IMG/VR virus record: IMGVR_UViG_3300048836_000452
Strand: one strand, 5' to 3'
DNA length: 20,000 bases
Source: an uncultured virus (IMG/VR IMGVR_UViG_3300048836_000452)
Taxonomy: Duplodnaviria; Heunggongvirae; Uroviricota; Caudoviricetes
How positions within the stretch are numbered: position 1 is the stretch's first letter; each line of letters opens with the position of its first letter. The position numbers were made by a program, and so were the translations under genes. Below are positions 8,601 to 15,276 of the stretch, one piece after another. The notes beneath the pieces are model-generated. The model saw nothing but the letters and a program-made list of their open reading frames with translations, made no database searches and was not told the origin of the DNA.

Positions 8601-10910
8601 GACATCTTCAAGCTTGCCGGCGGTGACGGTGCTGACCGTGGGCAGCGCCTGCAGGACTGGATGCAGTGGATGGTCGCGCGCAGGGCGCAGGATCTGGCGG
8701 CGCGCGGGATCAAGACGCCGCTCACACCGCAAGACATTCAGACCGCGCTAGCCAAGGGGGCGAATATCCCTGAGTTCCAGCAGGCGGCGGATGCCTGGAA
8801 GAAGTTCAACGACGCCAACCTCGACTTCCTCGAGCAGTCTGGCCGCATCAACGCAGCGCAGAAGGCTGCGATGCAGGCCGATGACTTCTATGTCCCCTTC
8901 TACCGGTCGGACGAGCGTGTTGACGGCACCTCGCCCGAGCTGGTCCTGCCTGGCTACAGGCCCGGCACGATCCAGGCGGGCATCCTGAGCCGCAATCCCG
9001 GGATCAAGGCGATCAAGGGCGGGGACAAGCTCCGCATCGACAACTTGATGCAGAACATGATCCGCAACAGCCAGGCCATGGTGGGCGCGGCTATGCGGAA
9101 CAAGGCGGCCAACCAGACCTTCGACCTGATGACGCAGGCCGGCATGGCGAGGGTCGAGCCGATCAGCGCTTCCAAGCCCGATCCGAATGCGGTTCGGATA
9201 TGGAAAAACGGGGTTGAGAGCTGGATCATCCCCGAAGGGCGCGAGGCTTACCCCCTGATGACAGCGCTGGCTGGCATGCAGCCCGTTCAGATGAACGCAG
9301 CTATTCAGCTGATGGCTGATATTGCCAGCATCTTCCGGCAGGGCATCACGCTCACGCCACCGTTCATGATCCGCAACGCCATTCGTGGCGCGGTGTCGTC
9401 GGGCATCATGACGACCGGCGCGAACCTGACCCTGACCAACAACACGATCACCGGCTTCCGGGAGGCTTACAACAACGGGCAGGCGGCGCAGGCGTTCAAG
9501 GCGCAAGCGGGGATGGGGGACTACCGGTTCGGCAACACGGATGCCGGCTTCGGGAAGGACGACATCCTGATCGAGTTCGGCCTTCTGCCAAAGACGATGG
9601 GGTCTCGTTTCCGCAAGTTCATGGAGAAGATGGAGCACGTCGGTTCCGCGACGGAACTCGCTGACCGCATCGCGGCCCGCGAGACCATGATCGCCAATGG
9701 CATGCGGCCAGATGAGGCGTCCTATCAGGCCCTCACGATCATGAACTACAGCCGGAAGGGCAACAGCCAGGCGCTGCGCGCCTGGCTGCCGCTGGTCCCG
9801 TTCTTCAACGCCCGCTTGCAGGGCTTCTCCCGCATGGCGGAGGGGGCTGTGGGCAAGCGCGGGATGGCGGGTCGCAAGCAGGCTCTGATGCAGATGGCCT
9901 TGAACGGCTTGGTCCTCTCGATCATCTCGGGGGCGATCTGGGCCTGGAATTCCGACGACGAGGAGCGCAGGGAGAAGTACAAGGACGAGCCGCTCTACCG
10001 GCGCCTGAACTATCACATCGTGTACTTTGGCGACACCGCGCTCTACATCCCAAAGGCATTCGAGCTTGGCCACGTCTTCTCCTCGATCCCCGAGTTGTTC
10101 GCGGATGCCTTCATCAAGGGAGACATGAACGAGATCGGCGCTGGCCTGCGAAAGATCGCAACCGACACGGTGACGATGAACATGATCCCAGCGGCAGCCC
10201 TGCCCATCATCGAGGGGCTGACCAACTACAGCTTCTTCCGTCAGGCTGAGCTTGAAGGGATGCGGGAAAGCGCCATGAGGCCATCCGACAGGACGTCAGG
10301 GGCATCAGCCCTGACACGCCTGGTCGGGCGCGACATGGGGATCAGCGATCTGACGGGCATCTCGCCCACCATGATCGAGCACTGGGCCTCCAGCTACGGC
10401 GGGATCTACTACGTCATGCTGTCTACGGCGATCGACAGCGTAGCGTCGGACCTTGGCCTCATGCCGGTCCGCCCCGGCGGGGCTTTTGGTGACACTCCGG
10501 TCCTGTCGCCGGTCCTTAACCGAGCCTTCGGCTCCTTCCTTAGGGACAGTTCGACCACCACCACGAAGTGGGTCGAGGAGTTCTACCGGACCAAGGACTG
10601 GATTACCCAGATCCACAGGTCTGCTACCGCCGCCGAAGGTGCGGGGGACATCGAGTATTCCAACAGGCTCTTGGCTGCCGCTCCCGGGCGACCAGCGGCG
10701 TACAAGCTTGTCAACAAAGCGGGGACGGACCTGAGCGAGATCAACGCTGAGCTGCGGAAGATCAGGGATGACCGGTCGATGAGCCGTGAAGAGAAGCGCA
10801 GGCGCGAGACTGAATTGATCCAGAGGCGGAATGCGATCACAAAGAACGTCATGCGGACGATCCGGGACATTGAGGATAGGCAGGGGGCAACCTTCAGGTC
10901 GGTTCAGTGA
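2667..10910 (+). CDS. Giant polyvalent virion protein (2747 aa): ejection-protein-like N-terminus + JAB-like domain + T7-type RNA polymerase + LPD38-like C-terminal region
   Basis: One uninterrupted ORF. Motifs read directly: HTHPxxxxFSxxD (aa 898 on); DNRGRIY..FNPQG (D1397); DASASGWQ (D1434); RxxxKx7YG (R1527/K1531/Y1539); NHDSF (D1731); C-terminal NYSRKG..PFFNARLQG..IPKAFELG..ISPTMIEH pattern typical of LPD38-bearing large phage proteins. Confidence 0.88.
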   Translation: MDQAGLGYPAAPAGVGLNEAPAVTMGDRNRAFVENRKMGMSVVDAARAAGMAVAPPPPPVAASPAPVDDPSMLDLVPGAIRSTAANTLKGLAEIGTRLTGDDEIADQGAEWAEAIGPTESQIALSNEMREDRQATYEEDQNGVKRLAGDVGQALTESAPQLGLSIGSGLAARQGYRTSIKAISKLLPGRLGRVAEAVSESAFGKNAFTTAGAAAPNLALSYEDGIQKALDQGLDPSDPEVRDRIDQSSVARTVFETFTPFAILRKIGTQAHVARTVKGALAREVPKTGLIEGSSEVVDMAIQEVMLDEELRSKLSDEDKTALLPYAADRYGYDAAVAALSGAAAGGAFDAPGVSMQQSLTNRRLAEDARKAATVLEPMGMSAADLEDLTKTPEGTKKLREAVEQLGSVEAARARHFRKIDEMGAEEDTVAELKAQVNRQLDERVDKIAKAVGAPKSLEDVRRERTSWEKERQRTAADRLVRRGLKPKKDLPPEVGEEVANALDQAEGEVDRLQTRLDATANAERRAGTQAELDAALSTRRQARIDARMKVEGLTSAQAVRAVEQEGKQTEAERRLEAQRGARERAIERQTEIEFPETMAPALRAQRAQEVIAEAEADVRPDAGLDGKIKRLERQRRAATSPEDVDRLTDEIADLEARRGLPTPAVEAARRVLQAQGVAVPQRGEASGPTAQPAEAEGLQPEAEASGPVGAAAPAGPRNTEVDGDLVTNLKRGGDNAPPLSDTTRPARARRLYKRLVDRGVPADDAAKQAAELTAPVPEPSPQPDGKGFLGRLLSPLPTPAQQGIVLDALERARSYVRPNGTLFEAYAYEDLAGRFRAARTVDEVYDMMGDISDARYAEVSVVMTPDGQIVTAGTNNNPNSVIVMVPNDAFERGLIDIHTHPVPSAFSMQDLYSTMGSGLTSRLVLTDGQVLEIRPLVADGEHLNEAKEMLREVSRAIIDASPSRGPTGYYNVQTRAEAITQAAEMMGMIDYVRPFRGLDQQQKDIVDATLDTFRPRLERIKAGLASGPRPDGGAGASQAGRERRSPSLRRAVDAEEGASETDDIEQDELSDLLDDPYDVRHSARTDRRPSVSPERLRDLATSVHAELLRDANASRHRKSPLVAAVRDGKVTVDQIEAGIKAWVENDGYKRMHALGDVVRRMFPDHVIGPDDFVVDKRNKVGQARYGTKYNRLLDNAIEPHKIALELAEKVYVGKAGYIDSRMIWVRNKSGLRFKSGLVVVSDRLKNSLEFTSPPHTRFDPPWPADNVSKIKRDVRGNAFTDDALEPARRTARYLQGNRYTLDADRIAKLTSDDMISKKGLAADGLKKSDIELYRKLTRTPRAQWTDVEAKFMARQGDSIGEKIVIAENKLKQLRRAYETFKEQHGPDAETGFLYQVDNRGRIYADGQFNPQGGSAIKAIFKHKGVSLADMTEVDASASGWQINALMARDHIAAPEINLGRGQASVPDGVKSDLYTNTIAKVVEQIRADAAVDVKSLPISQRSDALRRQRLAKAFIKAGLGPDGKLNRDAIKASVIAVNYGGTRANFSKNLRKVFDADMDAFRDVQGDQPWSYIGNLAFESLRATAPHSLALQEWTTSSISKLAEAVEKKYPPGEMPPLVFSVGLEGKVKVKKKKTKEAEAAIRGRTATTFARDANGAYVLDEAGERVVVNNTREDVVNYKQRIDILEVDADKIGRAVWANIVQGFDASVLHRAVERYKQMTDGAYITTNHDSFTVPPEHEGAIAASVRESMRAIMEQVDAPARIYQEIMDQAAEHGVEIDVQPFSNMGQYNMDDLMTSTPVFGEGAKGKDYIPDYAEIPEDAPTLRRAVDPEVPAGGGGATTVGSPPARVPVREQGASDISDLSPSLRRAVDVADYMASLPETSSVLAKVQAAAASPQVANRNLMQILEDTVFNSFAPIRRLEIGLKGKLPDGAESAFKAAEMAVNDSGRQEALLYYGAAKFGQHGEYAVAPGTMGLKDIFKLAGGDGADRGQRLQDWMQWMVARRAQDLAARGIKTPLTPQDIQTALAKGANIPEFQQAADAWKKFNDANLDFLEQSGRINAAQKAAMQADDFYVPFYRSDERVDGTSPELVLPGYRPGTIQAGILSRNPGIKAIKGGDKLRIDNLMQNMIRNSQAMVGAAMRNKAANQTFDLMTQAGMARVEPISASKPDPNAVRIWKNGVESWIIPEGREAYPLMTALAGMQPVQMNAAIQLMADIASIFRQGITLTPPFMIRNAIRGAVSSGIMTTGANLTLTNNTITGFREAYNNGQAAQAFKAQAGMGDYRFGNTDAGFGKDDILIEFGLLPKTMGSRFRKFMEKMEHVGSATELADRIAARETMIANGMRPDEASYQALTIMNYSRKGNSQALRAWLPLVPFFNARLQGFSRMAEGAVGKRGMAGRKQALMQMALNGLVLSIISGAIWAWNSDDEERREKYKDEPLYRRLNYHIVYFGDTALYIPKAFELGHVFSSIPELFADAFIKGDMNEIGAGLRKIATDTVTMNMIPAAALPIIEGLTNYSFFRQAELEGMRESAMRPSDRTSGASALTRLVGRDMGISDLTGISPTMIEHWASSYGGIYYVMLSTAIDSVASDLGLMPVRPGGAFGDTPVLSPVLNRAFGSFLRDSSTTTTKWVEEFYRTKDWITQIHRSATAAEGAGDIEYSNRLLAAAPGRPAAYKLVNKAGTDLSEINAELRKIRDDRSMSREEKRRRETELIQRRNAITKNVMRTIRDIEDRQGATFRSVQ
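5200..5480 (+). other. JAB/MPN-like zinc metalloenzyme domain within the giant ORF (boundaries approximate)
   Basis: Glu at aa 858 (EVSVVMTPDGQIV, nt 5238), followed by IDIHTHPVPSAFSMQD (H at nt 5358). This matches the JAMM pattern E..HxH-x7-S-x2-D. Confidence 0.7.
5799..5825 (+). repeat. Peptide repeat copy 1, SPSLRRAVD (aa 1045-1053)
   Basis: Codons tcc cct agc ctc cga aga gct gtc gat. Lies between the JAB region and the RNAP domain. Confidence 0.9.
5900..8075 (+). other. T7/T3-like single-subunit DNA-dependent RNA polymerase domain within the giant ORF (N-terminal boundary approximate)
   Basis: Colinear matches to T7 RNAP. DNRGRIYADGQFNPQG (nt 6855; T7 DWRGRVYAVSMFNPQG). Motif A DASASGWQ..MARD..INL (nt 6966; T7 DGSCSGIQH..MLRD..VNL). 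SDLY (T7 QDIY). Motif B RDAIKASVIAVNYG (nt 7245; T7 RSVTKRSVMTLAYG). ANIVQGFDASVL (T7 PNFVHSQDGSHL). Motif C NHDSF (H at nt 7854; T7 IHDSF). VRESM (T7 VRETM). GQYNMDDLMTSTPVFG (T7 GNLNLRDILESDFAFA). Confidence 0.93.
8130..8156 (+). repeat. Peptide repeat copy 2, APTLRRAVD (aa 1822-1830)
   Basis: Codons gct ccg acc ttg cgc cgc gca gtc gat. Lies about 20 aa after the end of the RNAP domain. Confidence 0.9.
8256..8282 (+). repeat. Peptide repeat copy 3, SPSLRRAVD (aa 1864-1872)
   Basis: Codons tcg cca agt ctg cgg cgg gct gtc gat. Lies just before the C-terminal LPD38-bearing region. Confidence 0.9.
8370..10910 (+). other. Conserved C-terminal region of large polyvalent/ejection proteins, including an LPD38-like domain (about 9700-10520)
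   Basis: Contains YVPFYR, PPFMIRNAIR, MNYSRKG, PFFNARLQG, a hydrophobic helix (ALNGLVLSIISGAIWAWN), YIPKAFELG, PIIEGLTNYSFF and ISPTMIEH, and ends in a charged helical tail (MSREEKRRRE). Recognised from memory of LPD38-containing phage proteins. Confidence 0.7.
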
Positions 10911-11857
10911 GACCTATCCTCTCCACCGAAATTGCGGAGATCAGGCGGCTCATCGAGAAGCAGCGGCTTGCCAACTTCGACATCCTGAGCAGGATCGAGC
11001 GCATCCCTGCGCCGCTCGAGTTCGGCCAGGCCATCCTCGGGGCCAAGTTCGACGCCTGGCAGCGCCGCTATATGGAGGAGTGCCGGCACCGCGGCCGCAT
11101 TGCCCTGGCGGCATGCCGGCAGTCGGGAAAGTCCACTGTCACCGCAATGTTCGTGGCCTGGTGCCTGGTCTTCATTCCGGGCTTCCAGTGCCTCGTGGCG
11201 TCCCGCTCCCTGCGTCAGGCATCCCACTACCTGAACGCTGTCCGGAACGCTGTCCTCTCGGTCATCCCGCGTGAGGCAATGCCGCAGCTTAACCGGCTGA
11301 GCATGGAGCTTCCGAACGGAAGCCAGATCATCTCGATCCCCTGCGCGCAGCCGGACGCGGGCCGGGGCTTCTCGCCCCACCTGATCATCCTGGACGAGGC
11401 CGCGTTCGCGCCGGAGGCGCTCTTTCGGGCCATCACACCGTCGCTGGCGGCGACGGACGGGGCGCTGCACATGCTGTCCTCGCCGAATGGTCGGCAGGGC
11501 TACTTCTTCGAGGCCTTCGAGGGTGAGGCGCAGAGCGTCTTCATGTCGCTGAAGGTGCCTTACACCGAGTGCCCCCGCATCTCCGAAGAGACGATCCGAA
11601 ACGAGAAGATCGCGCTGGGCGACCTCTACTTCCGGCAGGAATACGGGGCTGAGTTCATCACCCCGCACGGTGCGTTCTTCGGCTTCTCCGCGATCCAGAA
11701 CCTCGAGGAGGGAGAGGACCCTGACCTGACCGATCTGGAACTGCTGGACATGGACAAGATCCTCGAGAAGATCATGCCCATCCCGGAGCCGAGGAAGGAG
11801 GACCTTGCCGTCGCGCTGGACCGGGCCGAGAGGGTTAAACAGGTGCTTTATGAATGA
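10907..11857 (+). CDS. terL: Terminase large subunit, N-terminal ATPase half (316 aa)
   Basis: Adenine-binding DAWQ, Walker A ACRQSGKST, Walker B LIILDEAAF, coupling motif SSPNG, and FRQEYGAEF. No nuclease domain. The GTG start overlaps the upstream stop (GTGA). Confidence 0.92.
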   Translation: MRPILSTEIAEIRRLIEKQRLANFDILSRIERIPAPLEFGQAILGAKFDAWQRRYMEECRHRGRIALAACRQSGKSTVTAMFVAWCLVFIPGFQCLVASRSLRQASHYLNAVRNAVLSVIPREAMPQLNRLSMELPNGSQIISIPCAQPDAGRGFSPHLIILDEAAFAPEALFRAITPSLAATDGALHMLSSPNGRQGYFFEAFEGEAQSVFMSLKVPYTECPRISEETIRNEKIALGDLYFRQEYGAEFITPHGAFFGFSAIQNLEEGEDPDLTDLELLDMDKILEKIMPIPEPRKEDLAVALDRAERVKQVLYE

Positions 11858-12569
11858 GGTTCCGCAGTTCAACCGCATCCTCGACTGGAAGAAGCGCGGC
11901 TACCACCTGCGGACGCCGCCGCTGATCCTGGTCGGCTACGACCCCGCGGGCGACGGTCAGGACCGGGACGCCCTGACAATGACCGCGAGGGAGGAGCACC
12001 AGAAGGGCGAGCCCTACGATCCGGACTTCTCGGTCATGATGCTCTACCGGTGCCTGATGGCACATGAGATGGCGCCGGACCTCGAGTTCCCTGACAAGCT
12101 TGCGATGCTGCTGCGGCTGCACCGGCAGCTCAAGGGCTGGGCCCGCTCCGGGCGGGCGGCCAACCACGTCTTCACCGTGGAGACGAACGGGGTTGGCTAC
12201 GCCATGGGGTCGGCCCTGCGGGCCAACATCGGCAACAACGTCATCTGCTACACCACGGTCGGCACCAGCGGGTCCGACCCCTATACCGACAAGAAGCTGG
12301 CCATGCCCAGGCTTGCGGCGCTCGACAACCTGCGTGTGCTGGCCGAGACGCACTCCCTGAAGCTGGCCAAGGATGCGCCGGGCCGCGATGCCCTGACCCG
12401 CCAGATGGCTTCCTTCGTCTGGCGCAGGCCGGGACGGCCGGAAGCGATCGAGGGCCAGCACGACGACCTGGTGCTGTCTCTGGCGGGGGCCTGCTGGATT
12501 GGGTCGAAGGTCATTCCGCCCATCCTCAAGCAGATCCCGGTGCGCGTCACCGGCATGCGGAGGCACTGA
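11850..12569 (+). CDS. terL: Terminase large subunit, C-terminal RNase H-like nuclease half (239 aa from ATG 11850)
   Basis: VGYDPAGDGQDRDAL, VETNGVG and QHDDLVLSLA are the acidic motifs of the TerL nuclease. ATG 11850 has an AGGT SD-like sequence and overlaps the ATPase stop (ATGAATGA), so it is preferred over the TTG at 11805. Confidence 0.85.
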   Translation: MNEVPQFNRILDWKKRGYHLRTPPLILVGYDPAGDGQDRDALTMTAREEHQKGEPYDPDFSVMMLYRCLMAHEMAPDLEFPDKLAMLLRLHRQLKGWARSGRAANHVFTVETNGVGYAMGSALRANIGNNVICYTTVGTSGSDPYTDKKLAMPRLAALDNLRVLAETHSLKLAKDAPGRDALTRQMASFVWRRPGRPEAIEGQHDDLVLSLAGACWIGSKVIPPILKQIPVRVTGMRRH

Positions 12570-12580
12570 AAGTGCGGGGT

Positions 12581-12629
12581 CTAGCGAAAATCCGTGACTT
12601 CCGTATGATGGGGCGACCAGCGACAGGAG
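12581..12629 (+). promoter_or_regulatory. Candidate sigma70-type promoter and RBS upstream of the portal gene
   Basis: 66-bp intergenic gap containing TATGAT (12604-12609), a weak -35-like CTAGCG 17 bp upstream (12581-12586), and an AGGAG RBS (12625-12629). Confidence 0.35.
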
Positions 12630-12635
12630 CGGCGC

Positions 12636-15056
12636 ATGGCTGACGGCGATCTCATCTTCACGCGGGACGAGGACGGTGTGACCTTCGGGCCGCCCGCGCC
12701 ACCGCCCGCACCTGAGGGGGTGGAGCACTCCGCAAACCTAGCGGCGACCATCGACCAGTCATCGCTTGATGCCATTGCCGAGAGCCTCACCGAGACCGTC
12801 GCCTTCGACCAAGAGGGCACGTCGCCATGGGAGGCCATCGCGACAGACGTGATGGACCACCTGGGCCTCGGCCCCGATGCGGAAGCGGATGACGGCGCGG
12901 ACGACACGTCCGACACGTCCAGCCACACGCTCATGCTGACCGCGCTCCTGCGGTTCCAGGCCAAGGCTCTGTCGGTCATGCTGCCATCCGACGACATGGC
13001 TGTCCGGACGAAGCCCGCTTTCGACCTGACGCAGATCGAGGACGACAAGAAGCGCGACGAACTGGCAGAGAAGATTTCGGAGGCCGAGCGCCGCGTGCAG
13101 GCGTTCTACACCGACTACCTCTACCACCGGCTTCCCTCCTACGAGGAGGACACCGACCAAATCCTCCACGACATGGGGCTGATGGGCGTCGGCCTTCGCA
13201 AGATCGTGGTGGACCGGTCCCGGCAAGGCACGCCGGTCATGCCTGAATACGTCCCGCTGGGCGATCTGATCGTTTCCTATTCCAGCCGGAATTTCCGTAT
13301 GGGGCGCTACGCCCACAAGATGGACATGCAGACCGGAGACCTGATCCGAAGGATCCAGACCGGAAACTATCGAGCCATCAAGCTGACAGACCAGGCTGTC
13401 CCTGACAGCACTGCGGTCAGCGATGCGCGGGACCGGATGTTCGGCCTGATGCCAGCCAACCTCATGAACACCGAGACGCACCGGATTTACGAGGTCTATA
13501 CCCACCTCTTCCTTGCGGCCGACCCGCACAAGCTGCGCCTGCCCCGCCCCTACATCGTCACCATTCACTCGGAAACCCGCGAGGTCTTGGCGATCCAGCG
13601 CAACTGGGATCAGTCCGATCCGGACGAGACGCCGCTCGAGCACTTCGTGGGCTACATCTACCACCCGGGCAAGAACGCAGCGACCGGCATCGGCCTGGGC
13701 CAGATCCTGCTGCAGACGACCAAGGCACTCCGCAAGGCGCAGCGCCGCACGCTCGAGGCCGGCTACCTGCAGAACCACCCCTCCGGGTTCAAGCTCTCGA
13801 ACCTGTCGATCCGGAACGGCGACACCAAGGTCCGCCCGGGCGAGTTCGTCGACGTGGACAGCCCCACCGGGGACATTCGGCAGGCGCTGATGATGCACCC
13901 GTTCCAGGGGCCATCGCAGGGCCTCATGGCCTTGGCTGGTCAGCTTGAGGCCAACGGGCGCGAGTTGGGCGGCATCGCCTCGATCGACTTCGCCAGCCTG
14001 ATGAAGGCGGGCGTTGCTGCCGGTCCGGCCATGGCGGCCTTCGAGGAGAGCAGCGAGTTCCAGACGGCGGTTCACCGCCGCCTCTACAAGGCGCACCGCA
14101 AGGAGCTTGAACTCATCCACGACCGGATGCGGACCGTCATGGGCAACAAGCCCGTGCTGTTCGGGACAGACCAGACCCTTGAGCCTGGCGACCTCACCAG
14201 CGTCGACATCCTTCCCTACATGCAGCCTGGGCAGGCCTCGCGCCAGAAGGTCATCATGGAGGCGCAGGCGATCTGGGATCTGGCCAAGGAAAACCCTGAC
14301 CTCCTGAACAAGCGCCGCGCCGCAGAAAACTTCGTCCGCGCCCTGGGGTCGCCCGATGCGGACCGACTGGTCATCCCCGACCCCGAGGAGGAGGAAATCC
14401 TGCCGGCAGACCCCATCACCGAGTACACGATGATGCTCGGCGGCAGGCCCGTGAAGGCCGGGCCCATGCAGAACCACCAGGCCCATATCGACGCGCACAG
14501 CGCGCAGATGCGGATGGTCCAGACCTCGGCCCTCCCGGTCGAGCAGGGGGAGGCCGTCATGGCCGGTCTGGCCGCGCACATCGCCGAGCACATGGGCCTG
14601 CAGCTCATGGTCGAGGCCGCAGGCATGGCTGGTATCGACATGGCGCAGATCGGCCCCGAGATGCCTCCGGAGATCGAGGCGCAGCTTGCGCCCGTGCTGG
14701 CGCAGGCCGTCCAGCAGATCGAGGCGATGCGGCGCCCGCCCGATCCGGAGGAAGCGCGGATCCAGACCGCCCGCGTGGTTGGGGAGAGCCGGGTGGAAGC
14801 GACCCGCGTGGCGGCCGAAGGCCGCCTGGCACTGGCTCAGGCCCAAGGGCAGCACGACAAGGAGATGCAGGACCTCAAGGCCAAGCACGCCAAGGAACTG
14901 CAGGACATCAAGGATGCCGCGGCCCTCGATCGGGAGATTGAAGACAACACGGTCGCCCTGCAGATCGCCAAGCTCAAGGGCAACAAGGACGCCGTGGCGT
15001 CGGCTGGCGCCTCCGCCAGCGGCGGCGCGGTTGCCCGATCGGGAGCCTCCTCCTGA
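12636..15056 (+). CDS. Portal protein (806 aa) with long C-terminal helical/coiled-coil extension
   Basis: Directly follows the terminase. Patterns GVGLRKI, PYIVTI..EVLAIQRNW, HFVGYIYHPG..GIGL, PGEFVDVD, HRRLYKA and NHQAHIDAH resemble portals of podovirus-like phages that carry a GroES gene. Confidence 0.85.
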   Translation: MADGDLIFTRDEDGVTFGPPAPPPAPEGVEHSANLAATIDQSSLDAIAESLTETVAFDQEGTSPWEAIATDVMDHLGLGPDAEADDGADDTSDTSSHTLMLTALLRFQAKALSVMLPSDDMAVRTKPAFDLTQIEDDKKRDELAEKISEAERRVQAFYTDYLYHRLPSYEEDTDQILHDMGLMGVGLRKIVVDRSRQGTPVMPEYVPLGDLIVSYSSRNFRMGRYAHKMDMQTGDLIRRIQTGNYRAIKLTDQAVPDSTAVSDARDRMFGLMPANLMNTETHRIYEVYTHLFLAADPHKLRLPRPYIVTIHSETREVLAIQRNWDQSDPDETPLEHFVGYIYHPGKNAATGIGLGQILLQTTKALRKAQRRTLEAGYLQNHPSGFKLSNLSIRNGDTKVRPGEFVDVDSPTGDIRQALMMHPFQGPSQGLMALAGQLEANGRELGGIASIDFASLMKAGVAAGPAMAAFEESSEFQTAVHRRLYKAHRKELELIHDRMRTVMGNKPVLFGTDQTLEPGDLTSVDILPYMQPGQASRQKVIMEAQAIWDLAKENPDLLNKRRAAENFVRALGSPDADRLVIPDPEEEEILPADPITEYTMMLGGRPVKAGPMQNHQAHIDAHSAQMRMVQTSALPVEQGEAVMAGLAAHIAEHMGLQLMVEAAGMAGIDMAQIGPEMPPEIEAQLAPVLAQAVQQIEAMRRPPDPEEARIQTARVVGESRVEATRVAAEGRLALAQAQGQHDKEMQDLKAKHAKELQDIKDAAALDREIEDNTVALQIAKLKGNKDAVASAGASASGGAVARSGASS

Positions 15057-15265
15057 TGGTGGCGATGCTCAATCCAGCGGTCGAGGCTGAAGTCTGCCGC
15101 AGGATGCTCACGCAGGTGCAGCAACAGCTTCACCAAGTGGAGCGGCAGCTCACGCACACCCCGCTGGAAATGACCGCCTACCACGCGGCCTTCGGCCGCG
15201 CGGCTGGCCTGCGCGCTGCCCTGACCGAAATGCAGGCCATCTACGACCAGAACTTCAACGTCTAA
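15056..15265 (+). CDS. Small helical hypothetical protein (69 aa)
   Basis: Coupled to the portal stop (TGATG). Fills the gap exactly. Y..xGR..GL pattern of the small post-portal proteins in this gene arrangement. Confidence 0.7.
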   Translation: MVAMLNPAVEAEVCRRMLTQVQQQLHQVERQLTHTPLEMTAYHAAFGRAAGLRAALTEMQAIYDQNFNV

Positions 15266-15276
15266 CCGGAGCACCC

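Noticed and set aside
11650..11900. Intron or intein as the cause of the terminase split
   Set aside because: There is no intervening non-coding sequence, homing endonuclease or intein terminal motif, and the two ORFs overlap directly.
12759..14888. 709-aa minus-strand ORF, and similar long antisense ORFs at 4779-6266, 6351-7991, 8748-10073, 10904-11878, 15292-16833 and 17893-18891
   Set aside because: They lie opposite well-supported + strand genes and show no recognisable motifs. Such shadow ORFs are expected in high-GC coding DNA.
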